From positions 6,899-70,898 of the forward strand of contig JBFLWK010000005.1 in the NCBI GenBank assembly GCA_040757695.1: a stretch of DNA of 64,000 nucleotides, written 5' to 3'. The position numbers and the translations under genes are program-made. Shown in pieces: positions 48,226 to 60,254 of this stretch; position 1 is the first letter of the stretch; each line of letters starts with the position of its first letter. This DNA is from Elusimicrobiota bacterium (GTDB taxonomy: Bacteria > Elusimicrobiota > UBA8919). Under the pieces are notes generated by a model, which saw nothing but the letters and a program-made list of their open reading frames with translations, made no database searches and was not told the DNA's origin.

Positions 48226-50211
48226 ATGAAAAAAATGGGAGTTTTATTAATTGGAGTTCTGTTATTTAATTTAGTCCAGATTTGCTTAGCAGAAGAAGAA
48301 ATAGTTCCAACTTATAAGTTAGGAGAAATTGTAGTAACTGCTACAAAATCAGAAGAGTTAATTAGAGAGGTACCGGTGACGGCAGTGGTAATAACTGGTG
48401 AAGAGATTGAAAAATCTCAGGCTAAATTTATGAATGATGTCTTGGAAAAGATTCCGGGAATTAGCCTTTCGGGTTCGGATGCGTCAGGAAGGGGGCCAGT
48501 AGTAACCCTGCGTGGTGTTTATCACTATAATTCCAGTTATGTTCTGGTGCTTGTGGATGGGATGCCGATAAATTCTCCTGATACAGGAAAACCTTATGTT
48601 GATGCCATACCTTTATCAAACATAGAAAGGATAGAAGTAATAAAAGGCGGAAATTCTGCTGTCTGGGGCAGTTATGCTATGGGAGGAGTGATAAATATTA
48701 TCACTAAAGAAGGCAAAAAAACTTCTGCCCAGACTACTATTTCTCTGAGTGAATGGAATACAAAAAATTTAGATTTTTCGGGCCAGGCAGCTTTGTCCAA
48801 GGATGTTTACCTTAATATCACAGCAAACTCTAAGATGAGTGATGGCTGGAGAGCCCTTTCAAATTATGACCTTCAGACTTTTGGAGGTTCCTTGACCAAA
48901 GATAATAAAAACCTGAGTTTAAAAACTTCCTTGAGTTTTGGTTACTATGAAGAGGACACTAAGTATCCTGGTTACCTGACTGAAAAACAATGGGAAGATG
49001 GTGACTTGACATCCGGGGATACAACCTACTTTTGTGCAAGTGGAAGACAGGAAAGTAATTATATAAAACTAATATTTAAAAAGGAATTGCCATTCAATCT
49101 TTCTGGAAGGTTAAACTTAAACTATTTCAGCAAAGGTTACACTTTTTATTATCGTTCATCAGGAGGAAGTGCAGATATAAATGATGTTAATGTATTCACT
49201 GGAAGTTTACAGCTCAGTGGAGAAATGACTGAGAATAAATTTACAGTAGGATTGGATATAGATGAAGGTAAAGTAGACAGCCGGAATTATGCTGCTGATG
49301 CTGAGGAAGAAGAGATTGATAAAGATATTTTGAAAAGACATAATGATACTGACATTCACAAATTTGCTATTTATGTTCAAGATATGTGGAAAATTTTCGA
49401 TTGGTTAAATCTGAACATAGGCGTAAGGTATGATAAACTCAAGCATGATATAACTGATAGGATTAAAGATAAGAAATATAATCCTGAAGTTGATGCTATC
49501 AGCCCAAATTTAGGGTTACTTTTTAAAGTGGCTTCTAAATTGAGTCTTTTTGGTTCAATAAGTCGGGCTTTTAGATTACCAATAGAATCTCAGTTTTGTA
49601 AGAATCCTGATTTAGGGCCTGAAAAAGGGGTAAATTGTGAAATAGGAACAAAGTTTTTTACTGAAAAACTATCGAATGAGTTAAGTGTGTACCAGATGAA
49701 TGTAACTGACAAAATTACCTATGAAGAAGTATCCCCAAATAAATGGGAATACCGCAATGTGGGAGAAGTTAAACATCAGGGGATAGAGCTTACTTCCAAT
49801 TTAGACATTACTAATGAATTTTTTGTTTCTCTTTCTGGTGATATAAACCAGACAGAAATCCTTAAAGAGCCAAAATATCCTGAAAGAGTTGGTAAAAATA
49901 TTTATCAAGTTCCTCTCTGGAAAACTTCTCTGGGATTGGGATATGCAGGTGATACAGGTTTTGGAGTAAGAGCCGATTTCAATAAGATCGGAGAATGGTA
50001 TATGGACTATGAAAATGAAGAGAAGTATCCGGGATATTTTAGGACAGACCTGAAGTTCTCATGGGACAAAGATAATGTCAGCTATTACCTAACAGTTGAT
50101 AATATTTTTGATGAAAAGTATTGTCGGCAAGCATATATTTCAGGAACAAGTAAACAATATTATCCGGCTACCCCCAGGACATTTTCAGCTGGAGTTAAAG
50201 TAAAATTTTAA
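48226..50211 (+). CDS. TonB-dependent outer-membrane receptor.
   Basis: Signal peptide, plug-domain motifs (EIVVTATK…, IERIEVIKGGNSAVWG), ~22-strand barrel length, C-terminal …VKVKF. Confidence 0.85.
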   Translation: MKKMGVLLIGVLLFNLVQICLAEEEIVPTYKLGEIVVTATKSEELIREVPVTAVVITGEEIEKSQAKFMNDVLEKIPGISLSGSDASGRGPVVTLRGVYHYNSSYVLVLVDGMPINSPDTGKPYVDAIPLSNIERIEVIKGGNSAVWGSYAMGGVINIITKEGKKTSAQTTISLSEWNTKNLDFSGQAALSKDVYLNITANSKMSDGWRALSNYDLQTFGGSLTKDNKNLSLKTSLSFGYYEEDTKYPGYLTEKQWEDGDLTSGDTTYFCASGRQESNYIKLIFKKELPFNLSGRLNLNYFSKGYTFYYRSSGGSADINDVNVFTGSLQLSGEMTENKFTVGLDIDEGKVDSRNYAADAEEEEIDKDILKRHNDTDIHKFAIYVQDMWKIFDWLNLNIGVRYDKLKHDITDRIKDKKYNPEVDAISPNLGLLFKVASKLSLFGSISRAFRLPIESQFCKNPDLGPEKGVNCEIGTKFFTEKLSNELSVYQMNVTDKITYEEVSPNKWEYRNVGEVKHQGIELTSNLDITNEFFVSLSGDINQTEILKEPKYPERVGKNIYQVPLWKTSLGLGYAGDTGFGVRADFNKIGEWYMDYENEEKYPGYFRTDLKFSWDKDNVSYYLTVDNIFDEKYCRQAYISGTSKQYYPATPRTFSAGVKVKF

Positions 50212-50232
50212 AGGAGCGATAGAACTGAGATA

Positions 50233-51102
50233 ATGAATAAAAAAGTCTGGGCAGGGATAATATTTATTGTTATCCTTGCCATGAGCCTTAGTATTTTTTT
50301 ATACAGGACCAGGAAACACGAAAAAGAGAAAGAAAAAAAACATATCTATGAAAGAATTGTTTCTCTTTCCTGTACTACAGAAATTCTCTGTGATTTGGGT
50401 GCAGAAGATAAGATTGCAGCTATATCTGGCATAGAAAAAGAGAGTCCTTATTATGAAACTCTAAAACTTAAACCGAAATGTGGTGGAGATATCAGAAATG
50501 TCAATTTAGAGAAGGTTTTAGGATTTCAACCAGACCTGGTTTTTTGCTGGGAAACTCAGGCAGATACCTTAAAGGAAAGAGGATTAAATGTTTATGCCAC
50601 AAAGACCTATGATATTGAAGGTGTAATGGAGCTAATTATGAATGTAGGAATATTAGCTGGGAAGGAGACAGAGGCGAAAAGAATTGTTTCTGCTATGAGA
50701 GAAAAAATAGATAAAATAACTAAAAAGGTGAAAGAAATAAAGCATAAACCATTAGTATATTTTGAAGCACATGCTTTAGGAAAAACAAGAAGTGCTGGTT
50801 CTCTTACCCACGATTTAATTACCAGAGCAGGTGGAATAAATATTGCTAAGGATGAACCTGTTCCTTTCCCACTTCTTTCACAGGAATTTATAATTGAAAA
50901 AAATCCTGATATAATTATTGTAGAAGAATATGGGGATATACCACAAGAGATAAAGAGAAGAGATGGCTGGCAAAATATAAAGGCTGTGAAGAATAACAGG
51001 GTTTATAGAAGTTATATTTATTTCACTAATTATACCCCAAGATGTATTGAAGGTTTAGAACAGTATGCCAAATGGTTTCACCCTGAGGTATTTAAACAAT
51101 GA
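50233..51102 (+). CDS. ABC-transporter periplasmic substrate-binding protein (BtuF / FhuD-like class).
   Basis: Signal / TM anchor, ~290 aa, within a BtuFCD-like gene set. Confidence 0.7.
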   Translation: MNKKVWAGIIFIVILAMSLSIFLYRTRKHEKEKEKKHIYERIVSLSCTTEILCDLGAEDKIAAISGIEKESPYYETLKLKPKCGGDIRNVNLEKVLGFQPDLVFCWETQADTLKERGLNVYATKTYDIEGVMELIMNVGILAGKETEAKRIVSAMREKIDKITKKVKEIKHKPLVYFEAHALGKTRSAGSLTHDLITRAGGINIAKDEPVPFPLLSQEFIIEKNPDIIIVEEYGDIPQEIKRRDGWQNIKAVKNNRVYRSYIYFTNYTPRCIEGLEQYAKWFHPEVFKQ

Positions 51103-52106
51103 AAAAGAATTTAATTTTAATTCTTCTTGCTTTAGGGCTTCTTATGACAATTTTGGTAACCTTGACGATTGGTCCTGTTCATATTCCAGTTGGTATTGTT
51201 ATTAAAGTATTATTTTCAAAAATTGTAAGCATTCCTCAGACCTGGCAAGATAATTTTCAGGAAATTATATTAAATGTGAGACTACCAAGGATACTGCTTG
51301 GTGTTTTTGCTGGGTGTGCTTTAAGTATTTCTGGATGTACAATGCAAGCTTTATTTAGAAATCCGATGGCATCACCTTACGTTTGTGGAGTGGCATCCGG
51401 CGGAGCATTTGGTGCTTCGTTAATTATAGTCTTAGGTATATCTCAAGTTTTGGTAATGCCTGTAGCATTTTTCTTTTCTTTATTAACTGTTTTCCTTGTT
51501 TATCATTTAGCTAAGGTAGGCAGGAAAATTCCTGTAGAAACTTTACTCCTTTCTGGTATTGCTCTTTCGCTTTTTTTCTCTGCGCTTACTTCTTTTATTC
51601 AGTATATGGCTAAAGAAGAAGAACTCCGTCAGATTATATTTTGGCTTATGGGTGGACTATGGGCAAGTAACTGGAATAAGGTGTTGAGTGTTTTTCCTGT
51701 TATCTTATTAGGTATATTATGCCTTCTATATTTTAGCCGGGAACTAAATATTCTTCTTTTAGGTGAAGAACAGGCATTGGATGTTGGGGTGGAGGTAGAA
51801 GGTACAAGAAAGATTATTCTTATATTAACTGCACTTATTACTGCAAGTGCAGTAGCAACTTGCGGAATTATTGGGTTTGTAGGTTTGGTAATCCCGCATA
51901 TAATGAGGATTATTATTGGTCCTGACCATCGTTTTCTTCTTCTTGCTTCAGCTATTTCAGGAAGTATATTTTTGGTCTGGGTTGACACTTTTGCTCGGAT
52001 ACTTATTTCTCCAACTGAACTTCCAGTAGGAATAATTACTGCCTTAATTGGAGTGCCATTTTTCCTGTTTCTATTACGAAGAAGAAAAAGATTAAGTGGA
52101 TTTTAG
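51099..52106 (+). CDS. ABC permease, FecCD / BtuC family.
   Basis: Polytopic protein. The …LLSGIALS…F…L… family pattern is visible. Confidence 0.85.
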   Translation: MKKNLILILLALGLLMTILVTLTIGPVHIPVGIVIKVLFSKIVSIPQTWQDNFQEIILNVRLPRILLGVFAGCALSISGCTMQALFRNPMASPYVCGVASGGAFGASLIIVLGISQVLVMPVAFFFSLLTVFLVYHLAKVGRKIPVETLLLSGIALSLFFSALTSFIQYMAKEEELRQIIFWLMGGLWASNWNKVLSVFPVILLGILCLLYFSRELNILLLGEEQALDVGVEVEGTRKIILILTALITASAVATCGIIGFVGLVIPHIMRIIIGPDHRFLLLASAISGSIFLVWVDTFARILISPTELPVGIITALIGVPFFLFLLRRRKRLSGF

Positions 52107-52108
52107 AA

Positions 52109-52897
52109 ATGGAATTGAGGATTTTTAACTTAAGTTTCTCTTACGATACAATAAAAGCATTAGAGAAAGTTTCTTTAGAAGTGATTGCTGGAGAGATTTT
52201 AGGAATTATCGGTCCAAACGGCTCAGGTAAAACTACACTACTGAAATGTATAAATAGAAAGTTAAAGCCTAAGATAGGGACAGTTTTAGTTGATGGTAAA
52301 AATATTTTTGAAATGTCTCGTAAAGAAGTGGCAAAAAATATAGGTATTGTCCCCCAGATTTCTTCGGTCTCCTTTTCATTTACTGTATTTGACATAGTTC
52401 TGATGGGTAGATATTCTCGCACTAAAAGATTTGTCAGAGAGACAGAAGAAGATATATCTATTGCTCAACATTGTTTAGAACTTACTGGTATAAAACATTT
52501 ATCTTCAAGGTTTATAACTGAGATTTCTGGTGGCGAATATCAAAAAGTAATTATTACTCGTGCTCTAACACAGGAGCCAAAAATTTTACTTTTGGATGAA
52601 CCTACTCTGCATCTGGATATTAGTCACCAAATTGAAATATTAAATTTAGTTCGTAATCTGGCTCAGAAAAAGAAGTTAGCAGTAGTAATGGTCTTACATG
52701 ACTTAAATCTCGCTGCAAGATATAGTGATAGAATAATAATGTTAAAAAATGGTAAAGTATTCGCTTCAGGAACACCTGAAGAAGTTATTAGTATAAAGAA
52801 TATTGATGAAGTTTATGACATTGAGGTAGAAATAAATCGTAATAATAAAGAAGGTTACTTGAATATCGTTCCGCTTTCAACAAGAAGGCAATTATGA
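52109..52897 (+). CDS. ABC ATPase (FecE / BtuD-like).
   Basis: Walker A GPNGSGKTT, signature SGGEYQK, Walker B LLLLDEP, H-loop. Confidence 0.9.
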   Translation: MELRIFNLSFSYDTIKALEKVSLEVIAGEILGIIGPNGSGKTTLLKCINRKLKPKIGTVLVDGKNIFEMSRKEVAKNIGIVPQISSVSFSFTVFDIVLMGRYSRTKRFVRETEEDISIAQHCLELTGIKHLSSRFITEISGGEYQKVIITRALTQEPKILLLDEPTLHLDISHQIEILNLVRNLAQKKKLAVVMVLHDLNLAARYSDRIIMLKNGKVFASGTPEEVISIKNIDEVYDIEVEINRNNKEGYLNIVPLSTRRQL

Positions 52898-53895
52898 ATG
52901 AAATTATACTGAATGCACTACGAGATTTACTCAATTTTGTCCCGAAAACTCTTTTTATAATGTTTATTTCTTTAACTGCGATCTGGATATTGATTCAAAA
53001 AGGAATAATTGACAGAATAAGTTTTATAGGGAAACCGCTTGCTAAAATCATTGGCTTACCCGAGGATATAGGTATTGTCTTTATTACATCTTTCGGTTCA
53101 GTTCTGAGTGGAAATGTGTTGTTATCAGATTTCAATAAGAGAGGAATACTGACAGATCATCAAACCTATCTTGGTTCTTTGTTCAATTCAATACCTGTAT
53201 ATATCAAAGAATCGTTTACTTATCAAATTCCTGTAATAATATCTGTTCTTGGATTAAAAGTCGGACTGGTATGTTTTACCTGTTTCGTATTTTCGGGTTT
53301 TGCAAAATTACTCTTTATATCTATTATGGCAAGAAAAAGACAGAATAAGGTGATATCAATTAATAATAACATTGGTTTACAAAGACAAAATAAAGAAGGA
53401 GCAATGCCTGCTAACTGTTTTGTCCCATCTGCACAGACAGGTAAGAATAAAACTTTTAGTTTTACACAACAGTTAAAGATATTTGTAAAAATGGGTGGAA
53501 TTTATGTTGGAGTAACATTTATCATTTTTTGTCTTATCAATTCTGGATTTATTAATTATATTGAGAGACTTGTCAATCCTTTAACTGATATCTTGAGGTT
53601 GCTACCGGCAGTTGCTATTCCTGTAGGAACTTATATCTTTAGTCCTCTTGTTGGCGCATCAACTGTTGGAGCAATGCTTCAAAATGGTAAGATTTTAGAA
53701 ATTGATGCGATGATTGTAACATTGTTAGGAGGTTTTTTGATGCTTCCAGTATTTATGATTAGAGGAAGTTTAGCAAAATATACTTCAGTTTTTGGTATCC
53801 CGCTTGGTTTAAAAATTATATTCACTTCTACAATCATAGGTATGGGAACAAGATTAATTTTTCTATTAGTAATTTTAATAATTAGAGGAGCCTAA
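52894..53895 (+). CDS. Polytopic membrane protein (nucleoside-recognition / Gate-like domain).
   Basis: Multiple TM helices. Located between the ABC ATPase gene and the chelatase genes. Confidence 0.45.
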   Translation: MNEIILNALRDLLNFVPKTLFIMFISLTAIWILIQKGIIDRISFIGKPLAKIIGLPEDIGIVFITSFGSVLSGNVLLSDFNKRGILTDHQTYLGSLFNSIPVYIKESFTYQIPVIISVLGLKVGLVCFTCFVFSGFAKLLFISIMARKRQNKVISINNNIGLQRQNKEGAMPANCFVPSAQTGKNKTFSFTQQLKIFVKMGGIYVGVTFIIFCLINSGFINYIERLVNPLTDILRLLPAVAIPVGTYIFSPLVGASTVGAMLQNGKILEIDAMIVTLLGGFLMLPVFMIRGSLAKYTSVFGIPLGLKIIFTSTIIGMGTRLIFLLVILIIRGA

Positions 53896-53897
53896 TT

Positions 53898-56800
53898 ATG
53901 AGTCAACAAATTCCCTGGTCAGGATATTATCATCCTAAATCTGGAGTAACAATTCGTAAGCCATGGTTAACAGACAATGGTCAACAATTATCAGGAAAGG
54001 TAGGTATATTTTTTTCACGTTCCTTATTGATTAAGAAAGACCTTAATTTAGTTAATTCTTTAATCAAAAAGTTAGAAAAGAGGAAAATCTTTCCTGTGGC
54101 TGTTTTTGCCCAGAAAAAAGAATATGGTGGTCCTGGTTGTCCAGGACTTGAGCCAGGTCTGAAATTGTTAAAAGGTGTAGATTTAATTATTAATTTAGAA
54201 TCATCTTTTCTTATCCAAAAATCAGTTGAAAACGAAAAAACTATAATAGAAGAAATAAATGTACCAATTATTCAGACAATTTATTCAAGTTCAAGAACAG
54301 AAAAAGAATGGGAAGAAAATCCTCAAGGGATAAGTCCTACCAACCAGATTTATTGGGTTGCTCAGCCAGAATATAATGGTGTAATTGAACCAATTCTAAC
54401 TTCCTGTCGTGATGAGAAAAGCGATGATACATTTGGCAGAAGAAAACCAGTAGAAGAAAGAGTAGAGTTTTTACTGGATAGAATTTGTACCTGGTTGAAA
54501 CTCTACCATCTTCCAGCAAGCAAAAGACGAATAACTTTTCTTTTACATAATGCTCCCTGTGCTGGTGTAGAAGCTTCCATTGGAGGAGCATCAGGACTTG
54601 ACACTATGGAAAGTGTAGTGCGGATTATGAAACAAATGAAAAATAGGGAATATAAAATACACAATTGTCCCGAAAATGGCAAAGGATTAATTGACCTTAT
54701 TTTGAATAAGAAGGCAATAAGTGAATTTCGCTGGACAACTATAGATGAAATAGTAAAAAAGGGTGGTGTAATAGAATTTATTACTGTAGAAAAATATAAT
54801 CAATGGTTAAATGAACTTACTCCCACTCTGAAAGAAAAGATGATCTCTAGCTGGGGCAAACCACCAGGAGAAGGCATGGTCTACGAAGGTAAAATAGTGG
54901 TGACCGGAATGAATTTTGGCAATATAAATATCCTGGTTGAACCCAAAAGAGGTTGTTATGGAGCAAGATGTGATGGTAAGGTATGCAAAATCTTACATGA
55001 CCCTAAAGTCCCCCCTACTCACCAGTGTTATGCCACTTATAAATGGGCACAGGAAAATTCCGATGCACTTATTTCCGTAGGAACGCATGGATACATAGAA
55101 TTCTTACCAGGTAAATCCGTGGGATTGAGTAAAGAATGTTTCCCGGAAATTATTGTAGGCGATAAACCTCATTTGTATATCTATACAGTAAAGAATCCAG
55201 CTGAGGGAATACTTGCTAAACGCAGAGCTTATGCTACCTTAGTTGACCATATGATTCCTGTAATGAAACCTTCTGGTTTGTATGATGAACTAAGCGAAAT
55301 AGAAGAATTATCAAGGCAGTATTCTCAAGCAAAACTTCTCAATGAAAAAGAAAGATGCGAAGTTATTATGAAAGATATTTACTCTCTTGCCGGCAAAACA
55401 AATCTTATTGACAAAAATAAAGAGTTATCTGATAATTCTTTTATTGAATCCCTGCACAATAAACTAAATCTTTTTCGAGAAACCCAGATCCGTGATGGTA
55501 TGCATATATTAAGTCAAGTGCCTGACAAGGAAGGAATTATTAATATGTTAGTTTCTATTCTTCGTTTTGAAGGAAGCCATCCTTCAATAAGGCGATTAAT
55601 TTTGGAGTTAATGGGCTATAACTATGAAGAAATAGTTCAGAATCCAGAAAAAATTGTAGATGGAAAGAGTTATGGGGAACTATTAGAAGAAAGTACTCAA
55701 ATAGCAAAAAAGTTATTGAATATAGCGTTAAAAAGTATGCGAGATTACAAGAAGAAAATCTATGGAATTATCAAAATAAAAAACAAAAATAAAGTTAAAG
55801 GTCTAATTGAGTTAGTCATCTGGGCAAAAGATATAATCCTTCCTAAATTAAAAATGACTAAAAGAGAAATCCCTCAGATTCTTAAGGGATTAGAAAAAAA
55901 ATATATTGAACCTGGTGCTTCTGGACTTTTGACCAGAGGAAAAATAGAGGTATTACCAACCGGGAAGAATTTCTATAGTATCGATCCAAGAACCATTCCA
56001 ACAAGGGCTGCTTGGAAAGTAGGAATAAAAATGGCAAATGAACTTTTAAATAGATATCTCCGGGAGGAGGATAAATATCCAGAAAATATCGGGATGGTCT
56101 TGTGGAGTATAGATGGTTATCGGGCTGATGGTGAACAAATCTCGCAGATATTATATCTTCTTGGAGCAAAACCTGTCTGGACAGAGTCGGGAGTTGTAAA
56201 AGGGACGGAAGTTATTCCATTGAAAGAATTAAATAGACCCCGTATAGATGTAACTATCAGAACAAGTGGTATCTTCTGTGACACGCTTCCTCATTTGATT
56301 GAACTACTTGATGAAACTATAATCAAACTTACACAACTTAACGAATCCCAAGAGGATAACTTCATAAAAAAACATGTAGATGAGTATAAAAAAATGCACA
56401 AAACCCAAACAGGCGATGGTTATGATGAAAAGGAAGCAGAACGTCAGGCAACTTACCGTTTATTCTGTGCTCAACCCGGTACTTATGGTGGTAACGGCGT
56501 CAGTTTAATGATTGATGCTAGTGCTTGGCAGAGTATGAAGGATTTAGGGGAAATTTATATAGAAAGAGGTGGGTATGCCTATGGGAAAGGAGTTTTTGGA
56601 GAGAAATCACATAAAGAATTTGCTCATCAATTAGGTAAAGTAGAGACAACTTTTCATAAATTGGCTTCAGATGAGACAGACCTTCTTGATTGTTGCTGTT
56701 TTTATGATTTTCAAGGAGGGATGTATTCTGCGACTAAATCTTTGGGAGGAAAGGCACCAAAAGTTTACTGGGGAGATATGCATGATCCACAAAGACCTCA

Positions 56801-57302
56801 AATAAGAGAAATGAAAGAGGAAATTGAAAGAGTGGTTCGTACCAGACTCTTGAATCCCAAATGGATAGAAGGGATGAAAAGACATGGATATAAAGGTGCG
56901 TCTGATATTTCCAAACGTATTGTCCGGATTTATGGCTGGGATGCATCAGCCGAAGTTGTAGCTGATTGGATATTTGATGATATAGCACAAGTTTTTGTTT
57001 TAGATAAAAAGATGAGGAAATTCTTTGAAGATAATAATCCTTGGGCATTAGAAGAGATAGCAAGACGCCTTCTGGAAGCAGAAAGAAGGGGTATCTGGAA
57101 AGCAGATCCACAGGTGTTAAAAGAATTACAGGACAATTATTTTGAGATTGAAGGATGGATGGAAGAGAAAATGGGAGATGTCACAGGAGAATATCAAGGT
57201 GGAAGTGTCGATATATTGACCAAGACAGAAGTAGAAGAATGGAATAAGAAAGGTCACTTTAGTATAGACAATTTTCGAAAATCGGAGGTAAAAACAAAAT
57301 GA
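53898..57302 (+). CDS. CobN / Mg-chelatase H-family large chelatase subunit.
   Basis: 1134 aa, CobN-like length and conserved blocks. Followed by a ChlI/ChlD-type partner. Confidence 0.8.
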   Translation: MSQQIPWSGYYHPKSGVTIRKPWLTDNGQQLSGKVGIFFSRSLLIKKDLNLVNSLIKKLEKRKIFPVAVFAQKKEYGGPGCPGLEPGLKLLKGVDLIINLESSFLIQKSVENEKTIIEEINVPIIQTIYSSSRTEKEWEENPQGISPTNQIYWVAQPEYNGVIEPILTSCRDEKSDDTFGRRKPVEERVEFLLDRICTWLKLYHLPASKRRITFLLHNAPCAGVEASIGGASGLDTMESVVRIMKQMKNREYKIHNCPENGKGLIDLILNKKAISEFRWTTIDEIVKKGGVIEFITVEKYNQWLNELTPTLKEKMISSWGKPPGEGMVYEGKIVVTGMNFGNINILVEPKRGCYGARCDGKVCKILHDPKVPPTHQCYATYKWAQENSDALISVGTHGYIEFLPGKSVGLSKECFPEIIVGDKPHLYIYTVKNPAEGILAKRRAYATLVDHMIPVMKPSGLYDELSEIEELSRQYSQAKLLNEKERCEVIMKDIYSLAGKTNLIDKNKELSDNSFIESLHNKLNLFRETQIRDGMHILSQVPDKEGIINMLVSILRFEGSHPSIRRLILELMGYNYEEIVQNPEKIVDGKSYGELLEESTQIAKKLLNIALKSMRDYKKKIYGIIKIKNKNKVKGLIELVIWAKDIILPKLKMTKREIPQILKGLEKKYIEPGASGLLTRGKIEVLPTGKNFYSIDPRTIPTRAAWKVGIKMANELLNRYLREEDKYPENIGMVLWSIDGYRADGEQISQILYLLGAKPVWTESGVVKGTEVIPLKELNRPRIDVTIRTSGIFCDTLPHLIELLDETIIKLTQLNESQEDNFIKKHVDEYKKMHKTQTGDGYDEKEAERQATYRLFCAQPGTYGGNGVSLMIDASAWQSMKDLGEIYIERGGYAYGKGVFGEKSHKEFAHQLGKVETTFHKLASDETDLLDCCCFYDFQGGMYSATKSLGGKAPKVYWGDMHDPQRPQIREMKEEIERVVRTRLLNPKWIEGMKRHGYKGASDISKRIVRIYGWDASAEVVADWIFDDIAQVFVLDKKMRKFFEDNNPWALEEIARRLLEAERRGIWKADPQVLKELQDNYFEIEGWMEEKMGDVTGEYQGGSVDILTKTEVEEWNKKGHFSIDNFRKSEVKTK

Positions 57303-59293
57303 CTTGTAGAGAAACAGTATTTCCTTTCACAGCAATCGTCGGACAGGAAAAGATGAAAAAAGCTCTTGTCCTGAACGCGATCAATCCGCTTCTAGGAGGC
57401 GTTTTGATAAGAGGAGAAAAGGGAACAGCAAAATCAACTGCTGCCCGCGGTTTAGCTGATTTACTGCCAGAGATAGAGGTAGTTGAAGATTGTTTATTTA
57501 ATTGTAATCCCCGTGAAACTCACCAGATGTGTTACAATTGTCGAGCTAAAATAGAAAAAGGAGAAAAACTTAAAACTGTAAATAGAAAGATGAAAGTCGT
57601 TGACCTACCTTTAGGAGCAACAGAAGACAGAGTGATTGGAACACTTGATATAGAAAAAGCAATAAGAAAAGGAAGGAAACATTTTGAGCCAGGTATTCTA
57701 GCAGAGGTAAATAGGGGAATACTTTATGTTGATGAAGTGAACTTACTTGACGACCATTTAGTAGATGTTTTATTGGATGCAGCAGCAATGGGTGTAAACA
57801 TTGTAGAAAGAGAGGGTGTTTCCTACTCACATCCTGCAAGATTTATTCTGGTAGGAACAATGAATCCTGAAGAAGGAGAAATACGGCCACAACTTTTAGA
57901 TAGATTTGGACTCTGTGTTGAAATCCATGGGTTAAATGATTCCGATCAGAGAGAAGAAGTAGTAAAAAGATGTATAGAATATGAAAAAGCACCACATCAA
58001 TTTGAAAAGAAATGGGAAGTAGAACAGAAAGACATGCAAGAGGTAGTTGTTAGAGCTCAAAAGATTTTTCCACAAGTAATCTACTCCCAAGATATGTTAA
58101 AATTAGTAACCAAAATAGCTATTGATATGGGAGTAGATGGACATCGGGCAGATATTTTTATAATAAAAACTGCACAAACAATAGCTGCATATCATCAAAG
58201 AAAAAAAGTTACAGAAGAGGATATTAAAGAAGCAGCGGAATTGGTGTTACCGCATAGGATGAGAAAGAAACCATTCCAACAGCCAGAAGTCAGTCCAGAG
58301 CGAATAGAAGAGTCAATTAGAAAACAGAGAGAAAAGAAAAACCAACACAAAGAGACAAAATCTCAAATACCAGATAATCAAAAACAAAAGGAGAATAATA
58401 CTGAACAAGAAAAATCAAATGCATCTTCTGACACTAATTTTGAAATAGGAGGTTCTTTTGCAGTAAAAAAAATAGCTCCTGAGAAAGATAGAATATCAAG
58501 AACAGGAGCGGGTAGGAGAAGCAGTACAAAGACCCATTCTAAATCTGGTCATTATGTACGGAGTAAAATTCCAGAGGTATCCACAGGCTTTAGCCTGCGA
58601 GATGATATTGCTTTTGATGCTACCTTAAGAGCCGCTGCACCACATCAGAATATTAGAGCATTAGAGCACAAAAGCACAAGAGTGATTATAAAACAGCAGG
58701 ATATTCGTCAAAAAGTGAGAGAAAAAAAGATAGGTAATACAATTGTATTTATAGTTGACTCTTCTGGTTCAATGGGAGCAAATCAAAGAATGATAGAAAC
58801 AAAGGGAGCAATACTTTCTCTTTTAATTGATGCTTACCAGAAAAGAGACAAAGTCGGATTAGTTGCTTTTAAAGGAAATAAAGCAGAGGTTTTATTACCG
58901 TTGACATCAAGTGTTGAGTTGGCAAAGAAGCAACTTGAGGAATTACCTACTGGAGGGAGAACCCCTTTATCTAAAGGTCTACTAACTGGTTATGAACTAC
59001 TTCAAAATGAACTAAAGAAAAATTCTAAAATTAAACCTTTATTAGTTCTAATTTCAGACGGAAAAGCTAATGTGAGTATGGGTAAGGAAAATGTTTTTGA
59101 AGAAGTTAGAAAAATTGCTGATGATATAAGAAAATCAGAGATTAAGTCAATAGTAATTGATACTGAGTCCAGTTTTGTTAGTTTTAATAAATCATTTGAA
59201 ATCGCTGATGCGATGGGAGGAAGATACTATAAATTAGAAGATTTGAAGGCAGGTGATATTGTCAAAGCAGTAGAAGAATTTATTAAAACTTGA
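57299..59293 (+). CDS. Chelatase ChlI/ChlD-like subunit: AAA+ ATPase fused to a C-terminal vWA domain.
   Basis: Walker [10 protein letters not shown], Walker [11 protein letters not shown], then a vWA MIDAS segment ([10 protein letters not shown]). Confidence 0.85.
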   Translation: MTCRETVFPFTAIVGQEKMKKALVLNAINPLLGGVLIRGEKGTAKSTAARGLADLLPEIEVVEDCLFNCNPRETHQMCYNCRAKIEKGEKLKTVNRKMKVVDLPLGATEDRVIGTLDIEKAIRKGRKHFEPGILAEVNRGILYVDEVNLLDDHLVDVLLDAAAMGVNIVEREGVSYSHPARFILVGTMNPEEGEIRPQLLDRFGLCVEIHGLNDSDQREEVVKRCIEYEKAPHQFEKKWEVEQKDMQEVVVRAQKIFPQVIYSQDMLKLVTKIAIDMGVDGHRADIFIIKTAQTIAAYHQRKKVTEEDIKEAAELVLPHRMRKKPFQQPEVSPERIEESIRKQREKKNQHKETKSQIPDNQKQKENNTEQEKSNASSDTNFEIGGSFAVKKIAPEKDRISRTGAGRRSSTKTHSKSGHYVRSKIPEVSTGFSLRDDIAFDATLRAAAPHQNIRALEHKSTRVIIKQQDIRQKVREKKIGNTIVFIVDSSGSMGANQRMIETKGAILSLLIDAYQKRDKVGLVAFKGNKAEVLLPLTSSVELAKKQLEELPTGGRTPLSKGLLTGYELLQNELKKNSKIKPLLVLISDGKANVSMGKENVFEEVRKIADDIRKSEIKSIVIDTESSFVSFNKSFEIADAMGGRYYKLEDLKAGDIVKAVEEFIKT

Positions 59294-59314
59294 AAAAAGA
59301 AGGAGAAAAAAATA

Positions 59315-59851
59315 ATGTTTGATTTTATTCTTAAAGGTGGAATTTTGATGTGGCCAATTTTGTTATGTTCTGTAATTGCAGTCACTATTGTGTTAGAAAG
59401 ATTTTATAATCTTCGTAGAGTAAAAACTGATATCTCTAATTTTTTGTCTCATTTGAAACAATCTTTAAACAAAAGAAAACTTAAGCCAGAAGAGATGGAA
59501 AAAAGAGTTGTTCGTATGGGTTCAGAACAAGTGCGTAAATGGGAGAAAAATTTGAGAGGTTTAGCTACTATCGCTAATGTTGCTCCTTTGTTAGGTTTAC
59601 TGGGTACGGTAACAGGAATGATTAAGGCTTTTATTAAAATTCAGCAATTAGGTGGACAGGTTGATGCCAGCGTTTTATCTGGAGGTATTTGGGAGGCATT
59701 ATTAACCACTGCGGCCGGTTTAACTATAGCCATACCTGTGCTGGTTATTTATCATTATTTTGAAGGTAAAGTTGATAATTATTCAAATCAACTTAAAAAT
59801 GCTGTTTGTGAATATTTAGAATCATTAAGTGGGGAAGAAAGTGGAATTTGA
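59315..59851 (+). CDS. exbB: ExbB / TolQ / MotA-family proton channel.
   Basis: Three TM helices and the conserved …GLLGTVTGMIKAF… motif. Confidence 0.85.
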   Translation: MFDFILKGGILMWPILLCSVIAVTIVLERFYNLRRVKTDISNFLSHLKQSLNKRKLKPEEMEKRVVRMGSEQVRKWEKNLRGLATIANVAPLLGLLGTVTGMIKAFIKIQQLGGQVDASVLSGGIWEALLTTAAGLTIAIPVLVIYHYFEGKVDNYSNQLKNAVCEYLESLSGEESGI

Positions 59852-60254
59852 AGGTAGGAAGAAAGTCAGATTATTCTTGAATATAACCCCGTTAATTGAT
59901 GTGGTATTCTTATTATTAATCTTTTTCATGCTGTCATCTCATTTTGTTGTCCAACTAGGAATAAAGATCACTTTACCGCAAGCAAAAACTTCTAAATTAC
60001 ATTCAGAAGAAGAAATTATCATATTTATCAGTTCTGATAATAGACTCTATTTTAATAAGAAATCCATAACCCTTGACAGTCTTTTTACATTATTAGAAAA
60101 GGAATTAAGAAAAAGTGAGAGAAATGCAGTGATTGTTAAAGCTGATGAAAAGATTAACTTAGGTTTAGCAGTAAAAGTTATGGATATTGCTAAAGATGCC
60201 GGAGCTGAAGGAGTAATAATTTCAACCAAAATAGAGGAAAAAGATGATAAGTGA
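59829..60254 (+). CDS. exbD: ExbD / TolR.
   Basis: N-terminal TM (LNITPLIDVVFLLLIFFM). 141 aa. Confidence 0.8.
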   Translation: MGKKVEFEGRKKVRLFLNITPLIDVVFLLLIFFMLSSHFVVQLGIKITLPQAKTSKLHSEEEIIIFISSDNRLYFNKKSITLDSLFTLLEKELRKSERNAVIVKADEKINLGLAVKVMDIAKDAGAEGVIISTKIEEKDDK